From: Okamejei kenojei
Lineage: Eukaryota
Assembly (NCBI GenBank): GCA_035221665.1
Contig: CM069147.1
Span: 20,398,001 to 20,462,000, forward strand
Length of the DNA: 64,000 bases
Direction of reading: 5' to 3'
The position numbers and the translations under genes were made by a program. Shown piece after piece: positions 26,561-41,424 of the stretch (position 1 is the stretch's first letter; every line of letters begins with the position of its first letter). The notes beneath the pieces were generated by a model, which searched no databases, was not told the origin of the DNA, and was given only the letters and a program-made list of their open reading frames with translations.

Positions 26561-28606
26561 CAAATGGTCCTCTCATCAGCTGGAGTGTGGTCCTCATCTA
26601 CCTCATCCATCTCACATAAGACCTTTGAACCATCTTTCATTGGCCTTTATCTTGCACTAAATTTTGTGACCTTACAATTTCTCTGTGCATTGTGGATGGC
26701 TTGGTTGTATTTCACTTTCGGAGTCACGTGAGTGACTACGTGAAGAACCCCATCTAGCTGCACGCGCGTCATTATGTCAGACGCATGGCGCAGCGACGGT
26801 TGGAGTAGCAGAGCTCCTCCAGCGGTAAGTTTAAAAAACCTCGAGGTAAGTGCCAAACTTAGTTTGGAGGTTGCTTTCTGTAGGTACACTTGGTTTTCAC
26901 AGCGCTAGTACTAAAATGTAGAAAGCTACAAAGGTGACGGGGAGGCGAGCCGCTAGTAAAAGTTTGGACGACCGCGGGAGTGCGGGTAGCGGGTGCTCGC
27001 CTAGCTCACATATCATCGTTAACAAGGGGGTTAGCGACTGCAGACACGTTGCCTGAGAGCGGCGTCGCCGTGCCGGTGGGGCGTAATGCCACTTCGAAGT
27101 CTGCTAGGCCCATTGACTCCGAGTCGGGCCAGGAGGAGTCATTTCCGCAAGGGGAGACCATTTCTAAACGGCTAAATGAAATCGAGGTCCGGTTGGAGAG
27201 GGTACGCGGAAAGGATGCACTCCGGGAGTCCGAGTGGTGTCCACGCCGGACTGATGGAGAGCCTGTGCCAGCAGCGTCTGCAATATGGCTGCTTGATCAC
27301 TCCCTCATGGAGGAGGAGAGCTTGACGGGTCAGGGGTATACTGACGCCGAACCAGTGGGTGAACAGAGCCCAGGGGATGAAGGGCATGGGGTTACAATAC
27401 CTGATTTGGCTGAAAAGTTTCCCATTCCCACAGAAGCAGGAGAGCCATTGGGGCAGCAGTTGTTCACAAGTATAAATTATTTGCTCTCCCATCAGCTCCA
27501 AGAGCTGGTATTGGATGACACTATAAAGAAGTATGAAACCCCGGTTGACTGTGTCTTATTGAAGGTGCCGGTGGTGAACCATGTTACATGGGGACAAATG
27601 GGGATTGCAGTTCGGGCACAAGAGCTAAAACTCCAGCGGGTGATGAAATTGCTTGCTGCAGGTATTACTGCGTTTGCCAGAATGGTGGACGAGGGGCACC
27701 TATAAGAAGCACATCAGGATGCTTTGGGGCTTCTGTGCAGTGCACATTTTGAGGTGAACTGCTTAAGAAAAAGTGCCATACGCCCAAATATTCACCCTAA
27801 GTTTGCATCGCTCTGCAAGCCTAGCAATGTACAGTTGCCTAACCTGCTATTTGCGGAGGACCTCGCAAAGCGAGTTAAAGAACTTGATGATGAGGCGAAA
27901 ACTGTGGGGTTAATAAAAGTGCTGACGAGCAGCAAAATGGGTTGGAGGCAATTCCCCTATCGACGGGGTGCAATGACTGGGGCTGGTGAAGAGACGAGCC
28001 GTTCATTCCCGAACATACGAAGCTGGCACACTGACACAGCCACATGGGGAAGAATTAATTTTCCCACGAGGAACAGGGGGCAACAAGTGCCATCGGTCAA
28101 CATGCAGGTTAATGGTTTTGCTCCTGATAGAATCAAATTAAATATGTTCAAGTTGGGGGCAGGTTACATTTGTTCCTAAAAGAATGGCAGGAGATAACAT
28201 CAGATCCATTTGTGCTGTGCAGTATAGAACGGTTTTGAATTGAATTCTACCCTAAATTGTGTTCACCAACTCAGCATGTTCCAAGTCGGACACTCGTTTT
28301 TGCACACAAAGGGAATATGCAGATACAGGCAGAACTTGAAGTATTGTGCAGTAAAGGGGTGATTGAGAAGTCAGTTCATCAACTCCACCAGTTTGTGTCA
28401 AATATATTTCCTCGGTCTCAAAAGGATGGGGGCTGTAGAATCATTCTGGTCCTGACGAGCCTTAACCCTTTTGTACAGCATAGACACTTCAAAATGAAGA
28501 CTTTTCTGATGGCTAAACAGCTGATTTCCAAATGGTGTTATATGGCAAGCATAGATCTTAAAGATGCAAATTACCCAGTATCTGTTCATTGTGATGATAG
28601 GAGATA

Positions 28607-31290
28607 CAGTGGCTTGCAAAAGTTTTCATACCCCTTGAACTTTTCCACATTTTGTCACGTTACAACCACAAAATGTAAATGTATTTTATTGGGGTTTTAT
28701 GTGATAGACCAACACAAAGTGGCATATAATTGTGAAGTGGAAGGAAAATGATACATGGTTTTCAAGTATTTTTTACAAATAAAATACTGAAAAGTGAGGC
28801 GTGCAAAAGTATTCAGCCCCCTTTACTCTGATACCCATAAATAAAATCCAGTGCAACCAATTGGCTTCAGAAGTTACCTAATTAGTAAATAGAGTCCACT
28901 TGTGTGTAATCTAATCTCAGTATAAATACAGCTGTTCTGTGAAGGCCTCAGAGGTTTGTTAGAGAACATTAGTGAACAAACAGCATCATGAAGCCCAAGG
29001 AACACACCAGACAGGTCAGGGATAAAGTTGTGTAGAAGTTTAAAGCAGGGTTAGGTTATAAAAAATATCCCAAGCTATGAACATCTTATGGAGCACTGTT
29101 CAATCCATCATCCGAAAATGGAAAGAGTATGGCACAACTGCAAACCTACCAAGACATTCTTTGTAATTCTGTGATTTTTACATTGTAAAAAACCTTGATC
29201 CATCATTGAGGGTTTAAATGTAGGGTTGTTTACAAAATGGGAAGTAGTGGCAAATTATCCAATTTTAGTGTCTTTTCTAATTGTTTCCAAATGTGTATTC
29301 CACTATTATGGGGTTTTCACTATAGGTTTTTTTTTTTTTGCTTAATTTCGTAATAGCAAATAAGATCGAACCAATTTCAAAAGGTAAACAGTCTTCCTTT
29401 TCCATTTTTAACCCATCTGGTTGTTGGTGCAGTTCTACCAACCAAAAATTCATATTTTTAATGTTAACTGCCCAAAAATAGAGCATAAAATTCGGTAGGG
29501 CTAAACCTCCATTTATTTTTGATTTACATAATTGCTTTTTATTTATTCTGTGATTCTTATAATCCCAGATAAAATTAGTGACTATAGAGTCAACCTTTTT
29601 AAAAAAAGTTTTTGGGAGATATATCGGGATTGATTGAAAGAGGTACAATAATTGCGGGAGAAAAATCATTTTTATTGCATTAATTCTACCAAACATAAGA
29701 ATATTTTATATTGGAAAGAATTACCTATGTGTAATTTGTTCAATAAAGGCGGAAAGTTAAGTTTAAATAAAGAAGTACATGTCTTTGTTACATAAATTCC
29801 AAGATATTTAAATTTTTCATTTACTATTTTGAATGGAAATTGTTGTAATATATGTTGATTACTTTCCATTATTGGCATGATTTCACTTTTATTCCAATTA
29901 ATTCTGTATCCTGAAAACGAGCCATATTGAGTTAAATTTAATAAGTTTGGGATACTAACTTCAGGTTTTGTAATGTAGATGAATACATCGTCTGCATATG
30001 AAGACATTTTATTCTCAGTATCTTTAGTATTATACCCATATATTTCAGGATGGGACCTCACGATTTCTGCTAGTGGCTCTATTGCGAGTGTGAATAATAG
30101 CGGAGTTAACAGACATCCTTGTCTACAGCCTCAAGATAAATTAAATTTAGCTGATAACATTTAATTTGTCAATATTCTAGCTGTTGGATTAGTATATAAA
30201 AGTTTTAGCCATGTACTAAACTTCTTGCCCAATTGAAAATTTTTCATAACCAAAAATAAATAGGGCGATTCCACCTGGTCGAATGCTTTCTCATCATCTA
30301 ACAAAATAATTGCTAGATCTTCATTAGTACTTCTCTTTGAATATATAATATTGAATAATCGTCTCAGGTTATATGAAGAGAGGCTTTATCATAAGAGCCT
30401 CTATGGAAGAGTGGCAAGAAGAAAGCCATTGTTGAAACAAAGCCATAAGAAGTCCCGTTTGCAGTTTGCCACAAGCCATGTGGGGGGCACAGCAAACATA
30501 TGGAGGAAGGTGCTCTGGTCTGATAAGACCAAAATTGAAGTTTTTGGCCTAAATGCAAAACTCTATGTGTGGCGGAAAACTAACACTGCACATCACCCTG
30601 AACACACCATCCCCACTGTGAAACATGGTGGTGGCAGCATCATGCTGTGGGGATGCTTTTCTTCAGCAGGGACAGGGAAGCTGGTCAGAGTTGATGGGAA
30701 GATGGATGCAGCCAAATACAGGACAATCTTGGAAGAAAACCTATTACAGTCTGCAAAAGACTTGAGACTGGGGCGTAGGTTCACGACCCTAAACATACAG
30801 TCAGAGCTACAATGGAATAGTTTAGATCAAAGCATATTCATGTGTTAGAATGGCCCAGTCAAAGTCCAGACCTAAATCCAATTGAGAATCTCTGGCAAGA
30901 CTTGAAAATTGCTGTTCACAGATGCTCTCCATCCAATCTGACTGAGCTTGAGCTATTTTGAAAAGAAGAATGGGCAAAAATTTCAGTCTCGAGATGTGCA
31001 AAGCTGGTAGAGACATACGCCAAAAGACTTGCAGCTGTAATTGCAACGAAAGGTGGTTCTACAAAGTATTGACTCAGGGGGGCAGAATACTTTTGCATGC
31101 CACACTTTTCAGTTTTTTAGTTGTAATAAAATTTGGAAACCATGTATCATTTTCCTTCCACTTCACAATTATGCACCACTTTGTGTTGGTCTATTACATA
31201 AAATCCCAATAAAATACATTTACGTGTGTGGTTGTAACGTGACAAAATGTGGAAAAGTTCAAGGGGTATGGAAACTTTTGCAAGCCACTG
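28607..31290 (+). mobile_element. Tc1 transposon with long (~200 bp) TIRs and TA TSD, nested in the DIRS RT
   Basis: ta|cagtggcttgcaaaag ... cttttgcaagccactg|ta; transposase [28 protein letters not shown]; excision restores RRYLKFSW. Confidence 0.95.
29157..30397 (-). mobile_element. L1/Tx1-clade ORF2 internal fragment inside the Tc1
   Basis: SYADD, FSGYRINWNKSE, GRINAIKMIFLPQLLYLFQSIP, GGLALPNF. Confidence 0.85.
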
Positions 31291-34022
31291 TATTTGAAGT
31301 TTAGCTGGATGAGTCAGTTACGGCAATTCAAAGCACTGTCTAATGGATTAACCTCAGCTCCTAGATTGTTTACCAAATTGTTAAAACCAATTCTAGGGCT
31401 GCTCCGAGCTCAGGATCATGTTGTAATGGCCTATTTAGTTGATATCTTAATTGTAGGAAATACCCGGGATGCAGCTGAATTATCTGTTCGTATTAGCTCG
31501 AGGTGCAGATACATTCGCTTAAAGGGAAAACGGAGACATGCAGCATAAGACAAAAACATTCGACCCGACTTGCCCACGCCGACAATATGCCTATCTAGGT
31601 GAATGCCATTTTCCTACCCATATTCTTCTATCCCTTTCCTATTCACGCATTTTCCCAAATGCTTTTTAAACTGTGTGATTAGACCTGCCCCTAACTTATC
31701 CAGGCAGATTACTCCGTGTACTCACCAAATATATCCATTTTCGTTTTAAACGTTCACCTTCTAGTTTTAGACTCCCCTACACTTTGCAAAAAGACTTTTA
31801 ACTTTCTTCCCTGTCTATGAACCTCATAATTTCATAAACTTCTATGGCGTCACCATGCCCCACAAGAACATGTAGATAACATGCATGAAAATACACACAT
31901 TTGCACAAACACATATTCGCATCAATTTCCTTTTTAAATAAGTTATCTTTCAAATTATAAATAATGTCCACGCTGTTTTGCAGAAATATATGATTTGGAC
32001 ACTGGGGTAAAATCAGTCGTTCTGGTGGGGTGGGAGATTGCAACCTTCATGTGGTCCACCCTGTTTCGAGTAATGCAATTAACCCGATGTGTGCAAACGT
32101 TTAGATCAAATAGGACAAGTTAATCCACAACTTTAGGCTGTGCACGCCATACGCAAGAAGAAGAAGTCGTTCTGGTAAGTGGTTGAAAAGAAAATTTAGG
32201 TTTTAAAGCACATCCTGCATGATGAAAGAGACAGAATGGTTCGGGAGAAGAAATTGGACAGTTAAGGATCAATAAGATTAGCAGCAGCGAATTGCAGGCG
32301 TTTTGGATTGTCCGAAGACGATATTGAGAAGCAGCTAGAGTTGTGAGCACGAATAATGATACAAGGATAGGGATGAGTGAAGCAAAGCAGGTATTTGAAA
32401 GCATGGATGACATATGTAAGGTTGGTATCTTGCTGGGCCAGATGTCGTACAGTCAGCCAGCAACCACGTGATGGGTAAACGTGATGGCCAAGGACATGTA
32501 TACATAGCATACGTTCACAAATATCTACATACGCCCATCGCTGCGATATGTTAGGCAAGGTAACTTCATATTTTTCCAGCACCTCTGCTCTGGGCGCTTC
32601 ACCTCCTGAACAAAGTGATAAGAGATCCAATGGTTTTAATTCCACCCTGGCTGTTTCAAAGGGCCATTTTTCCCAATTACCGACGATCACGATAATGCTC
32701 CAGCACCTTTCGAATGGGTCACTCCGTTTAAGACAATCGGGCCTGCTCTTTCTCCCCCATATATTTTGCTCACGCCTCCTTGAAATACTCGAAATGGTAG
32801 GTCTTTCCATCTCACATTCTGGGACCGAAATAATCTTCCCCGATGAAGCAGCGATTCCCTTGCATTTATTCCGATCTAGCGTATCGTATTCAGTTTTCGC
32901 AACATAACCTCCTTCAGATTGAAGAAACCAGACGTGGATTGGATGATTTGCCTTCGGGAATCAATGTAACATTTTCAACTTTAGATAATTTGCTTTATCT
33001 TCCGGTCACTTAAGAATCGGTGTTGATTGTGTCTGCCACAGCTCCTTCATTCCACTTCTGTCCCAGAGGCAGAATCAAATTAGCATCAATTACATGGCCA
33101 TGGTATGTTCATCAAATCTAACCATGATTTTATTAGAGAATTCTCTTTTATTCCACCCATCATCCTCTTCAAAATCTTGGTATTCAATAGGCTAACACCT
33201 TTCTCTATTTCACAGTTCTGATCAGGAATCCTCGTCTGAAATATTAAACTTTTTTCATCCAAAGTTGCAGTCTGACCTTTTTATCTATCCAACTGTTTTC
33301 ATTTCCAATTTTTACTTCGTTTTGCCTCATTTTCTATTTCCCATGTCTCATGAAAGGTTATAGGCGAACTATTAATTTATTAGTTTGCAAAATGTAGAAT
33401 ATTACAACATTCGTGATGTATAGAGTCAAGTAGAATTTATTGATATATGCAAAATTTTGTAGGGTACAGGACCAAATTAAAGTTTGTATCCAGCAGCACC
33501 ACAGGCACATTCACTCAAACAATCTTAATCTTAGGCCCCTTTCGGTCGTGGCTGACCATGGGTGTCTCCAGGGTACTATATGGAGGAAACCTGTGCGTAA
33601 CTTTGTTTAACGTGGGGAGACTGATGCACAGACAGCCACCCCACGATCCTTGACAGATCAGGGCCAGGATCCAGTGTCATGGAGTCACTAAACAATTTAC
33701 ACAAACCAATTATGGAATGAGGTTCACAAACAATTAATGTGTTAATACAGAGCCTTCGTGAAAGAACAGCTAAAGCACGATGCTGTTTTTCTGAAGCGAT
33801 CTGAGCTGATTAAAACAATCAGGGCTTATTTTTACTTACCATCAGATACCCTCTACTTTTCAAAGTCGTTCTTCATCATGCTGGTTGCAACCGAAGAGCC
33901 CCGTGCAAGAGCCTTCACCTTTTTTTAATATGACCTCATTGCTGACCATCATCCAAACTTTGTAAACTTGCTTTGCCCTCATACCTGTAAACAGATCTGT
34001 TGATATTGGATTTTAAAGTAAA

Positions 34023-37000
34023 CTATACCAAGTGGGACACGTTGGGTCCCTTTCCGCGATATTCCATCACTCACCCATAGGCGCCAACTGCGCACACGCA
34101 TCTGACATTTTTAAACTTCAAAACTTGTAATAAATAAGATCAATGTGAATGCATCTGACTCTCCCTCTCCAGTCTCCTATTCCTCCATTATCCTCACTCT
34201 CCCCAGCCTCCACCAACCCTCCTCTGCTTCCTCTCCTCACCCCCTCTCTCCCCGCCTCTTTCTTCCCCCTCCCCTCCTCCATTACTTTACCATCCATCTT
34301 CCTACCCCAATCCTCCTCCCTTCCCCCTCAGCCCCGGCACTACCTCGCCCTCCTCTTCACCCTCTACTTTCCTCTACTTTTCTCTCTCCTCCTCCTCTCC
34401 CCACTCCCTCCCTCACTTATCCCTCCGTCTCCTTTCCCCTACCCTCAGTCATTCCCTCCCTCCATAAACCCTCTCCTCTCCCTCCCCCCCCCCCTCCTCC
34501 CCTCTATCCCCTCCTCCCCAACTCCTCAATTACCGTACTCTCCCTCCTCACCTCCCCAGGATCTCGATGTAAACCCAGGCCGGCCCCGTTTTGTCCACCA
34601 TGTTGGTGACAAAGTTGTATTTGAGGTAGGGGCTGCGGAGGGAAGGGGGGGTGGGGGTGGGGAGTGGCCTGGAGCCGGGGGAGGGGGAGGGAGAGGCCGA
34701 AGCTGTGGCCTACCCCTTGCCCCGGGTACCACTCCTCTCACTCCCCACGGGCCCAGAGCAGCACCAGTGCCGCCTCCAGACCCAGACCCAGCCCCGTGTC
34801 CGCGAGTCGGCCTCTCCCTCGGACCCGCCGCAGTGTGGATACTGGACCCATTGCGCACGCGTGGGGCTGACAGGCCTCCCTCAACTGGGCTGGCAGATTA
34901 TAACTTTTTTAAAGTTTTAAATGTCAATCACTTGTAAAATATACCATCAATCTGAAGGAAACATAGAAACATAGAAAATAGGTGCAGTAGGCCATTCGAC
35001 CCTTTGAGCCTGCACCGCCATTCAATATGATCATGGCTGATCATCCAACTCAGTATCCTGTACCTGCCTTCTCTCCATACCCCCTGATCCCTTCAGCCAC
35101 AAGGTCTACATCTAACTCCCTCTTAAATATAGCCAATGAACTGGCCTCAACTACTTTCTGTGGCAGAGAATTCCACAGATTCACCACTCTCTGTGTGAAA
35201 AAAAAATTCTCATCTCGGTCCTAAAAGACTTCCCCCTTATCCTTAAAGTGCGACCCCTTGTTCTGGACTTCCCCAACATCGGGAACAATCTTCCTGCATC
35301 TAGCCCGTCCAACCCCTTAAGAATGTTGTAAGTTTCTATAAGATCCCCCCTCAATCTTCTAAATTCTAGTGAGTAGAAGCCGAGTCTATCCAGTCTTTCT
35401 TCACACGAAAGTCCTGCCATCCCAGGAATCAGTCTGGTGAACTTTCTCTGTGCTCCCTCTATGGCAAGAATTTCTTTCCTCAGATTAGGAGACCAAAACT
35501 GTACGCAATACTCCAGGTGTGGTTTCATCAAGGCCCTGTACAACTACATTAGAACCTCCCTGCTCCTATACTTAAATCCTTTTGCTATGAATGCTAACAT
35601 ACCATTTGCTTTCTTCACTGCCTGCTGCACCTGCATGCCTACTTTCAATGACTGGTACCATGACACCCATGTCTCGTTGCATCTCCCCTTTTCCTAATCG
35701 GCCACCATTCAGATAACAACTTACTTTCCTGTTCTTGCCACCAAAGTGGATAACCTCACATTTATTCACATTATACTGCATCTGTCATGCATTTGCCCAC
35801 TCACCCAACCTATCCAAGTCACCTTGCAGCCTCCTAGCATCCTCCTCACTGCTAACACTGCCCCCCTGCTTCGTGTCATCTGCAAACTTGAAGATGTTAC
35901 ATTCAATTCCCTTGTCCAAATCATTAATATATATTGTAAATAGCTGGGGTCCCAGCACTGAGCCTTGCGATACCCCACTAGTCACTGTCTGCCATTCTGA
36001 AAAGGACCTGTTTACTCCTACCCTTTGCTTCCTGTCTGCCAGCCAGTTCTCTATCCACATCAATACTGAACCCCCAATACCGTGTGCTTTACGTTTGCAC
36101 ACTAATCTCTTATGTGGGAACTTGTCGAAAGCCTTCTGAATGTCCAGATACAACACATCCACTGGTTCTCCCTTATCCACTCTACTAGTTTCATCCTCGA
36201 AAAATTCTATAAGATTTGTCAGACATGATTCACCTTTCATAAACCCATGCTGACTTTGTCCAATGATTTCACCACTTTCCAAATGTGCTGCTATCCCATC
36301 TTTAGTAACTGCCTCTAGCATTTTCTCCACTACCCATGTTAGACTAACTGGTCTGTAATTCCCCGTTTTCTCTCTCTCTCCCTCCCTTTTTAAAAAGCGG
36401 TGTTACATTAGGCACCCTCCAATCCTCAGGAACTACTCCAGAATCTAAAGAGTTTTGAAAAATTATCACTAATGCAGCCACTATTTCTGGGGCTACTTCC
36501 TTAAGCACTCTGGGTTGCAACCTATTTGGCCCTGGGGATTTATCGGTCTTTAATCCATTCAATTTACCTAACGCTACTTCCCGACCAACCTGGATTTCAC
36601 TCAGTTCCACCATCTCATTTGACCCCCAGTTCCCTGCTATTTCCAGCAGATTACTTATGTCTTCCTTAGTGAAGACAGAACCAAATGAGTTATTCAATTG
36701 GTCTGCCATGTCCTTGTTCCCCATGATCAATTCACCTGTTTCTGACTGCAAGGGACCTACATTTGTTTTAACTAATCTTTTTCTCTTCACATATCTATAA
36801 AAGCTTTTGCAGTCAGTTTTTATGTTCCCTGCCAGTTTTCTTTCATAATCTATTTTCCCTTTCCTAATTAAGCCCTTTGTCCACCTCTGCTGCACCCCCA
36901 ACACAACCCGTTCCACCAACACAATATTCCAGCACTAACCCATAGCCCCTAACTGCACAGATGCGGCTCATTTCTCCAAATCCCACAGCATCCTCCTGTG

Positions 37001-37990
37001 TGGGAGGGGAGGAGGGGATTTGCGGAGGTGGGGTGGGAGGGGAGGAGGGGAGGGCGTGTGTGTGCGTGCAGGGAGATGTACGGTGGGAGAGGGAGGTGTG
37101 GTGGAAAGGGGGATGTGGGGTAGGGGGGTGTGTGGCGGTGGTGTATGGGGTGGGAGAGGAGTGTGTATCTGGGTGGGAGGGGAGTGGGAGGGGGAGGAGG
37201 TTGTGGGGTGGGTGTTGTGGGGGGAGGGCGGTGTCAGGGGTGGGTGTGGGCAGGTTGTGGGTGGAGGGGGTTGTGTGGTTGGGGTGGGTTGTGGGGGGAG
37301 TGGTTGTGTGGGCGGGGGGGGGGGGGGGGGGGGGTTGAGGGGGGGGGGAGATCTTGGAGAAAAGTCGAGGAAGACCATAGGGGAGACGGGGCATCACGGG
37401 GGAGGGGGGCAGCAGCCAGCGAGGGGGACCAGAGTGGAAGAAGCTGGAGCTGGCGATGCGATGGGGACTCACAGCGGGCCCTGGTTGCTGGTCGTTCTCC
37501 TCTGCCGGGATCAGAGTCTCCGTTTTCCATTTGGAGACATCGACCAGATCTCCATCTCCGCACCGGGCTGGGCCACTTCTGGTCCCTGCGAAAATTGTGT
37601 CTGGTTCAAGACCTCCAACGGCCATCCAGAGCGTCCTTCAGATCCAGTAAAGGAGCAGGAAGGTGCGGACTGTCCCATGGAGTGACAGGAGAAGAGACAA
37701 ATCTGTGCGGCGTTGACTGGCAGGAGAGGAGATGCATCTGCGCACGCACGGTTTTAAGATTTTGAAACCTCGCTAACTTTTACATTATGGCACCGATCGG
37801 AACCTAACTTGGTGCACTCGCAGTACAAGAGAACGGGGAATGAGCTGGCGAAAAATCGTAGCGCTATCCGTACCGTTTTTGCACAAATAGAAAAACCGCG
37901 CAAACCAGAAGATAACAAGTTCGGAGTTTTAGAGATAGATAGATGGATGGATAGATGGATGGATGGATGGATGGAAAGAAAGAAAGATAA
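34023..37990 (-). mobile_element. Non-autonomous Helitron-like element(s) with low-complexity interior, interrupted by CR1
   Basis: Subterminal hairpin GGGAC..GTCCC (34034-34050) near a decayed CTAG end; (TCTA/TCCA)n at the other end. Confidence 0.45.
34961..36892 (-). mobile_element. 5'-truncated CR1 LINE
   Basis: SGVSQGSVLGP, FADDTK; (TTTCTATG)n tail. Confidence 0.93.
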
Positions 37991-38849
37991 GAACAAGTGG
38001 TTCACCAACACAATATCACACCACTCACCCGTTTCAGTTGTGATGCCAGGGATCCCCGTTGTCACGCGAGTCACGGCATCCCCTCCACCAACTGCGCCTC
38101 GCCATCCCTCTTCCTACCCCTATCCTCCTCTTTTCCCCCTCATCCATCTCTCCATCCCTCTCCTTTCTGACATTGATTATTTTCGATTGATCTTGTGAGA
38201 TAATGAGATAATGGTGAGATACAGTACAGAAAAGTTACTTTGTAATGACAACATTTTCTTTTCATCTTGGAGGTACCTTTTCGAAGTACCATCCACGAAC
38301 AAACTGTAAATGACCATGGATTCAGTTCAGTACCACAATGTGAATCATAAAGGTCGTGCATAAATTATACAGTGTAATTATTGAGGAGCTGCGAGCATGT
38401 TTTATAATTGGGCTATACACTGTTGGAGCGGTTCTTTTCGGGGTGACAAATACACCTAATTATAACATTGCCTTGAGTTATTTTAAAATCTGGCTGTTAC
38501 TTTTTATATGTTAATATATTTTATATATTACAGCTACAGACGCTAATGATTTTTTTACAATGGCATATAATTTGGACCATACCTATAGGTTTTGTAAAAC
38601 ACCAAAACATTGATTTCATTTTTTGTTTATTAAACAGAACATGCACAATTTAAATATGCAAGACGCTGTTGATTCAGGACTTGGTGAGACATTATGCAGT
38701 TGGGTTCGCCAGGCATTCAAATTAAAGATGGAATGTCAACACCTGAAACCAGAACCTTGTTCCTCCAACCAGCCACCAGCTTCACCCACTTGCATCCGAA
38801 GCCATTGCGCAGAAAAATTAAAAACGAATAAAAAAACGAATCGGCTATA

Positions 38850-39899
38850 AGTAGGTATGTTATAAACGTACTTTTAGCGGCGCTGTAGTTCTGTCACTGG
38901 CCGTGTGCGCGACTTTGGCGCCTTTGAGGGGGTGGGGGCGGGGTTAAAATGCGGTTTTCCCTTGCCTTCCGGAATTATATTTTCTCAGAGTGCAAGATTA
39001 TTCTAGAGATTCGTTCCGACTGCCGGTAAGTGACTTTTTTTTTTTTAATCGCCTGAGTATTTCAGCGCTGGAGTAAAATAAAAAATATCTTCTAATGCCG
39101 TGAACGCCGACAACGGGGACTGATTTTACGTAGGGGACAGGTAAAGGAAATCAGTTTATTTTTACATATAAACTTGTTTGTTAAGATGACCTTAATCCAA
39201 ATTTCATGTTGTGAAATGGTGATTGATTCCCCATACGAATCAGCAGTATTTTTTCTGCCGATATGGGGTTTAAATTCACCACAACCACAACGTTCCAATC
39301 CATCGCATTCAATAAAATCCCACTCGCAAGTTGATTTAAATGGCCATTAATTTACGGGCATTAAACACTAAATTCCTTCAATTTGGCCTATAAATTCATA
39401 ACAATGAGATTTAAAAATCATGTTATATTGTGAACTCTTGTGTGAATGTTATTTGGACACTTAGGCTTTTTAATTTTTTTTAAATATTTTCTTAAGAAAT
39501 GGATAGATGTTTAGATCTAGTAATTGAATTTTGTAATTAGCTACAATTGGGTAACTAACTAATTATATGCTTTTATTTCAGGTCATCCAAGTAAGATTGT
39601 TTCATATTTGTTTCAGAATGCTTCAATCTATAATAACTGAAAATTTCTTTTAGTTCTCTTAATTTTTAAGAAAGGTATGGGCTTTTGACTGTCCTCGATC
39701 ACAACTTTTGTGTTAAGTCAATGAAAAAGCAATAGAGAACACGATGCTAATTTCCAAGTATGCAAATGGCCAACACTTTTTTAATACTGAAGATATGAAA
39801 GTGAATTAGGTGTCAAATTAAACTTCTTTTTTGCTTTATCTGATGGGATAAATTGCAGGCTTGATTTTTTAAATCTCAAAATGTTGTAACATTGCTACT
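38850..39899. mobile_element. Non-autonomous DNA transposon
   Basis: Imperfect TIRs agtaggtatgttataa / ttgtaacattgctact with flanking ATA duplication. Confidence 0.55.
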
Positions 39900-40242
39900 A
39901 TAAGCAATTAAATTTGTTCCTGGTGAATAATATCGAACATTCAGAAAAGGGACGATTTTTGGTTCAGATACGTTATCGCCCTTTTTCGGCTGCCTTTGCG
40001 AAGTTTTGATGAATTAAAGATACAACATGGGAATAGGTCCGTTGGCCCACCGAGTCCACGCGGACCACGAATCACCCGTTTATGTTATCCCGTTGACTTC
40101 GTGTTGATTTCCTGCACGCTCGCGGTAATTCATAGAGGCCAATTAACTTACAACCCTGCAGGTTTTGTGGATCTGGGAGGAAACAGAGCACACACGTGGC
40201 TACTGGGAGAACGTTGTAAACTCCAGACAGATAACACCATAA

Positions 40243-40657
40243 TGCCCCTGTCCCACTTAGGAAACCTGAACGGAAACCTCTGGTGACCTTGCGCCCCACC
40301 CAAGGTGTCCATGAGTCGCCAGAGGTGTTGGTCACTTGCCTGGAAAGCCACCACTGAAGCGCGAGCTGCATCTACTGACCAAAGATCCCACAGGATCTTT
40401 GCTACTGACCACACACACACACACACACACCGTGAAGGTGGGGGCCAAGGACAGCGGAGGAATGCTGTATGTGTGGTGAAGAGGAAGGTAAACGGCTGCC
40501 ACAAAGCACGGAACATAGAAGAAGCCTCAACTACGCGGAAACCACTTTTTACCGTTAGGGAGAGTGAACAAAACCTCCGGGAACCTCACGGAAACCTTGG
40601 GTGAGGCGCAAGGTCTCCAGAGATTTCCGTTCAGGTTTCCTAAGTGGGACAGGGGCA
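40243..40657. mobile_element. PIF/Harbinger-like MITE
   Basis: Long near-perfect TIRs tgcccctgtcccacttaggaaacctgaacggaaa...; TAA TSD. Confidence 0.85.
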
Positions 40658-41424
40658 TAACTCAGGATCGAACCCGGTCACTGGCGCAGTGAGGTATCTG
40701 CAACTCTACCAGCTGCGCTACTGTTGCTGTAGGTTGCTATCTGTAGGTCGTGGAATATGAAATATGGAGGTTCCAGTACTAATGTTGTTGCTTATCCACT
40801 TTACATTTTTTTTGTCTTAATTGATTACATTTAACAATGCAAAATGTCACGGAACGATTTGTTACTTTTCTCGGTGTAAACACATTTCCAATTGTTTGAT
40901 TTTAGTCGAAGCAACTTCTAGCGACGAGTTAGAATTTGGAGTACAGTCATCATAAAGATAGTGGTAATTAGAGGAGACTTTCTCTCCTGGCTTGCTCAAC
41001 TACAAACAAATATAGTTAACGTTTCATGCGACAATGTTCAAGTTGTATACGACTCTATGACCTTGAAGAAAATTAAGTTCTTGATTCCATTACCATTATA
41101 CATCAGTATGTTATTTATTTTTTGTCGTTCCCGTTTATTATACCAATGTATCGATTCAAATAAATGATAAAGAGTCACACAGAAATGCTTCAGTTACGGG
41201 ATTTCTGTACTGTATGGTATTTTGCTCTCTGCAAGTATTTGTTAGCAAGCAAAGGTGCAGTAATATTGAGGTGAGGCTGAAAAGGAGAAGTAGTAAAAAG
41301 CACAGTGGAAATTATCACTTGCATTTTGCACGGATCTACTGCATTGGTGTGCTGCAGTGACTTTGCTAAGCAATGATAAGACAAACAGCTATCTTTTTTT
41401 CATGGGTAAGCCAATCAATGATCA

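Larger units (their letters stand above)
26710..31488 (+). mobile_element. DIRS-type retrotransposon, 3'-truncated (gag-like ORF and RT), interrupted by Tc1
   Basis: Gag-like ORFs 26980-28179; RT GRLHLFLKEW, ASIDLKDANY, NGLTSAPRLFTKLLKP, YLVDILI; absent from the copy B unit. Confidence 0.8.

Noticed and set aside
32120-32907. ORFs duplicated at 63249-63865
   Set aside because: No recognisable domain and frames differ between copies
34145-37765. Pro/Gly-rich ORFs
   Set aside because: C/G-skewed low-complexity interior of a repeat
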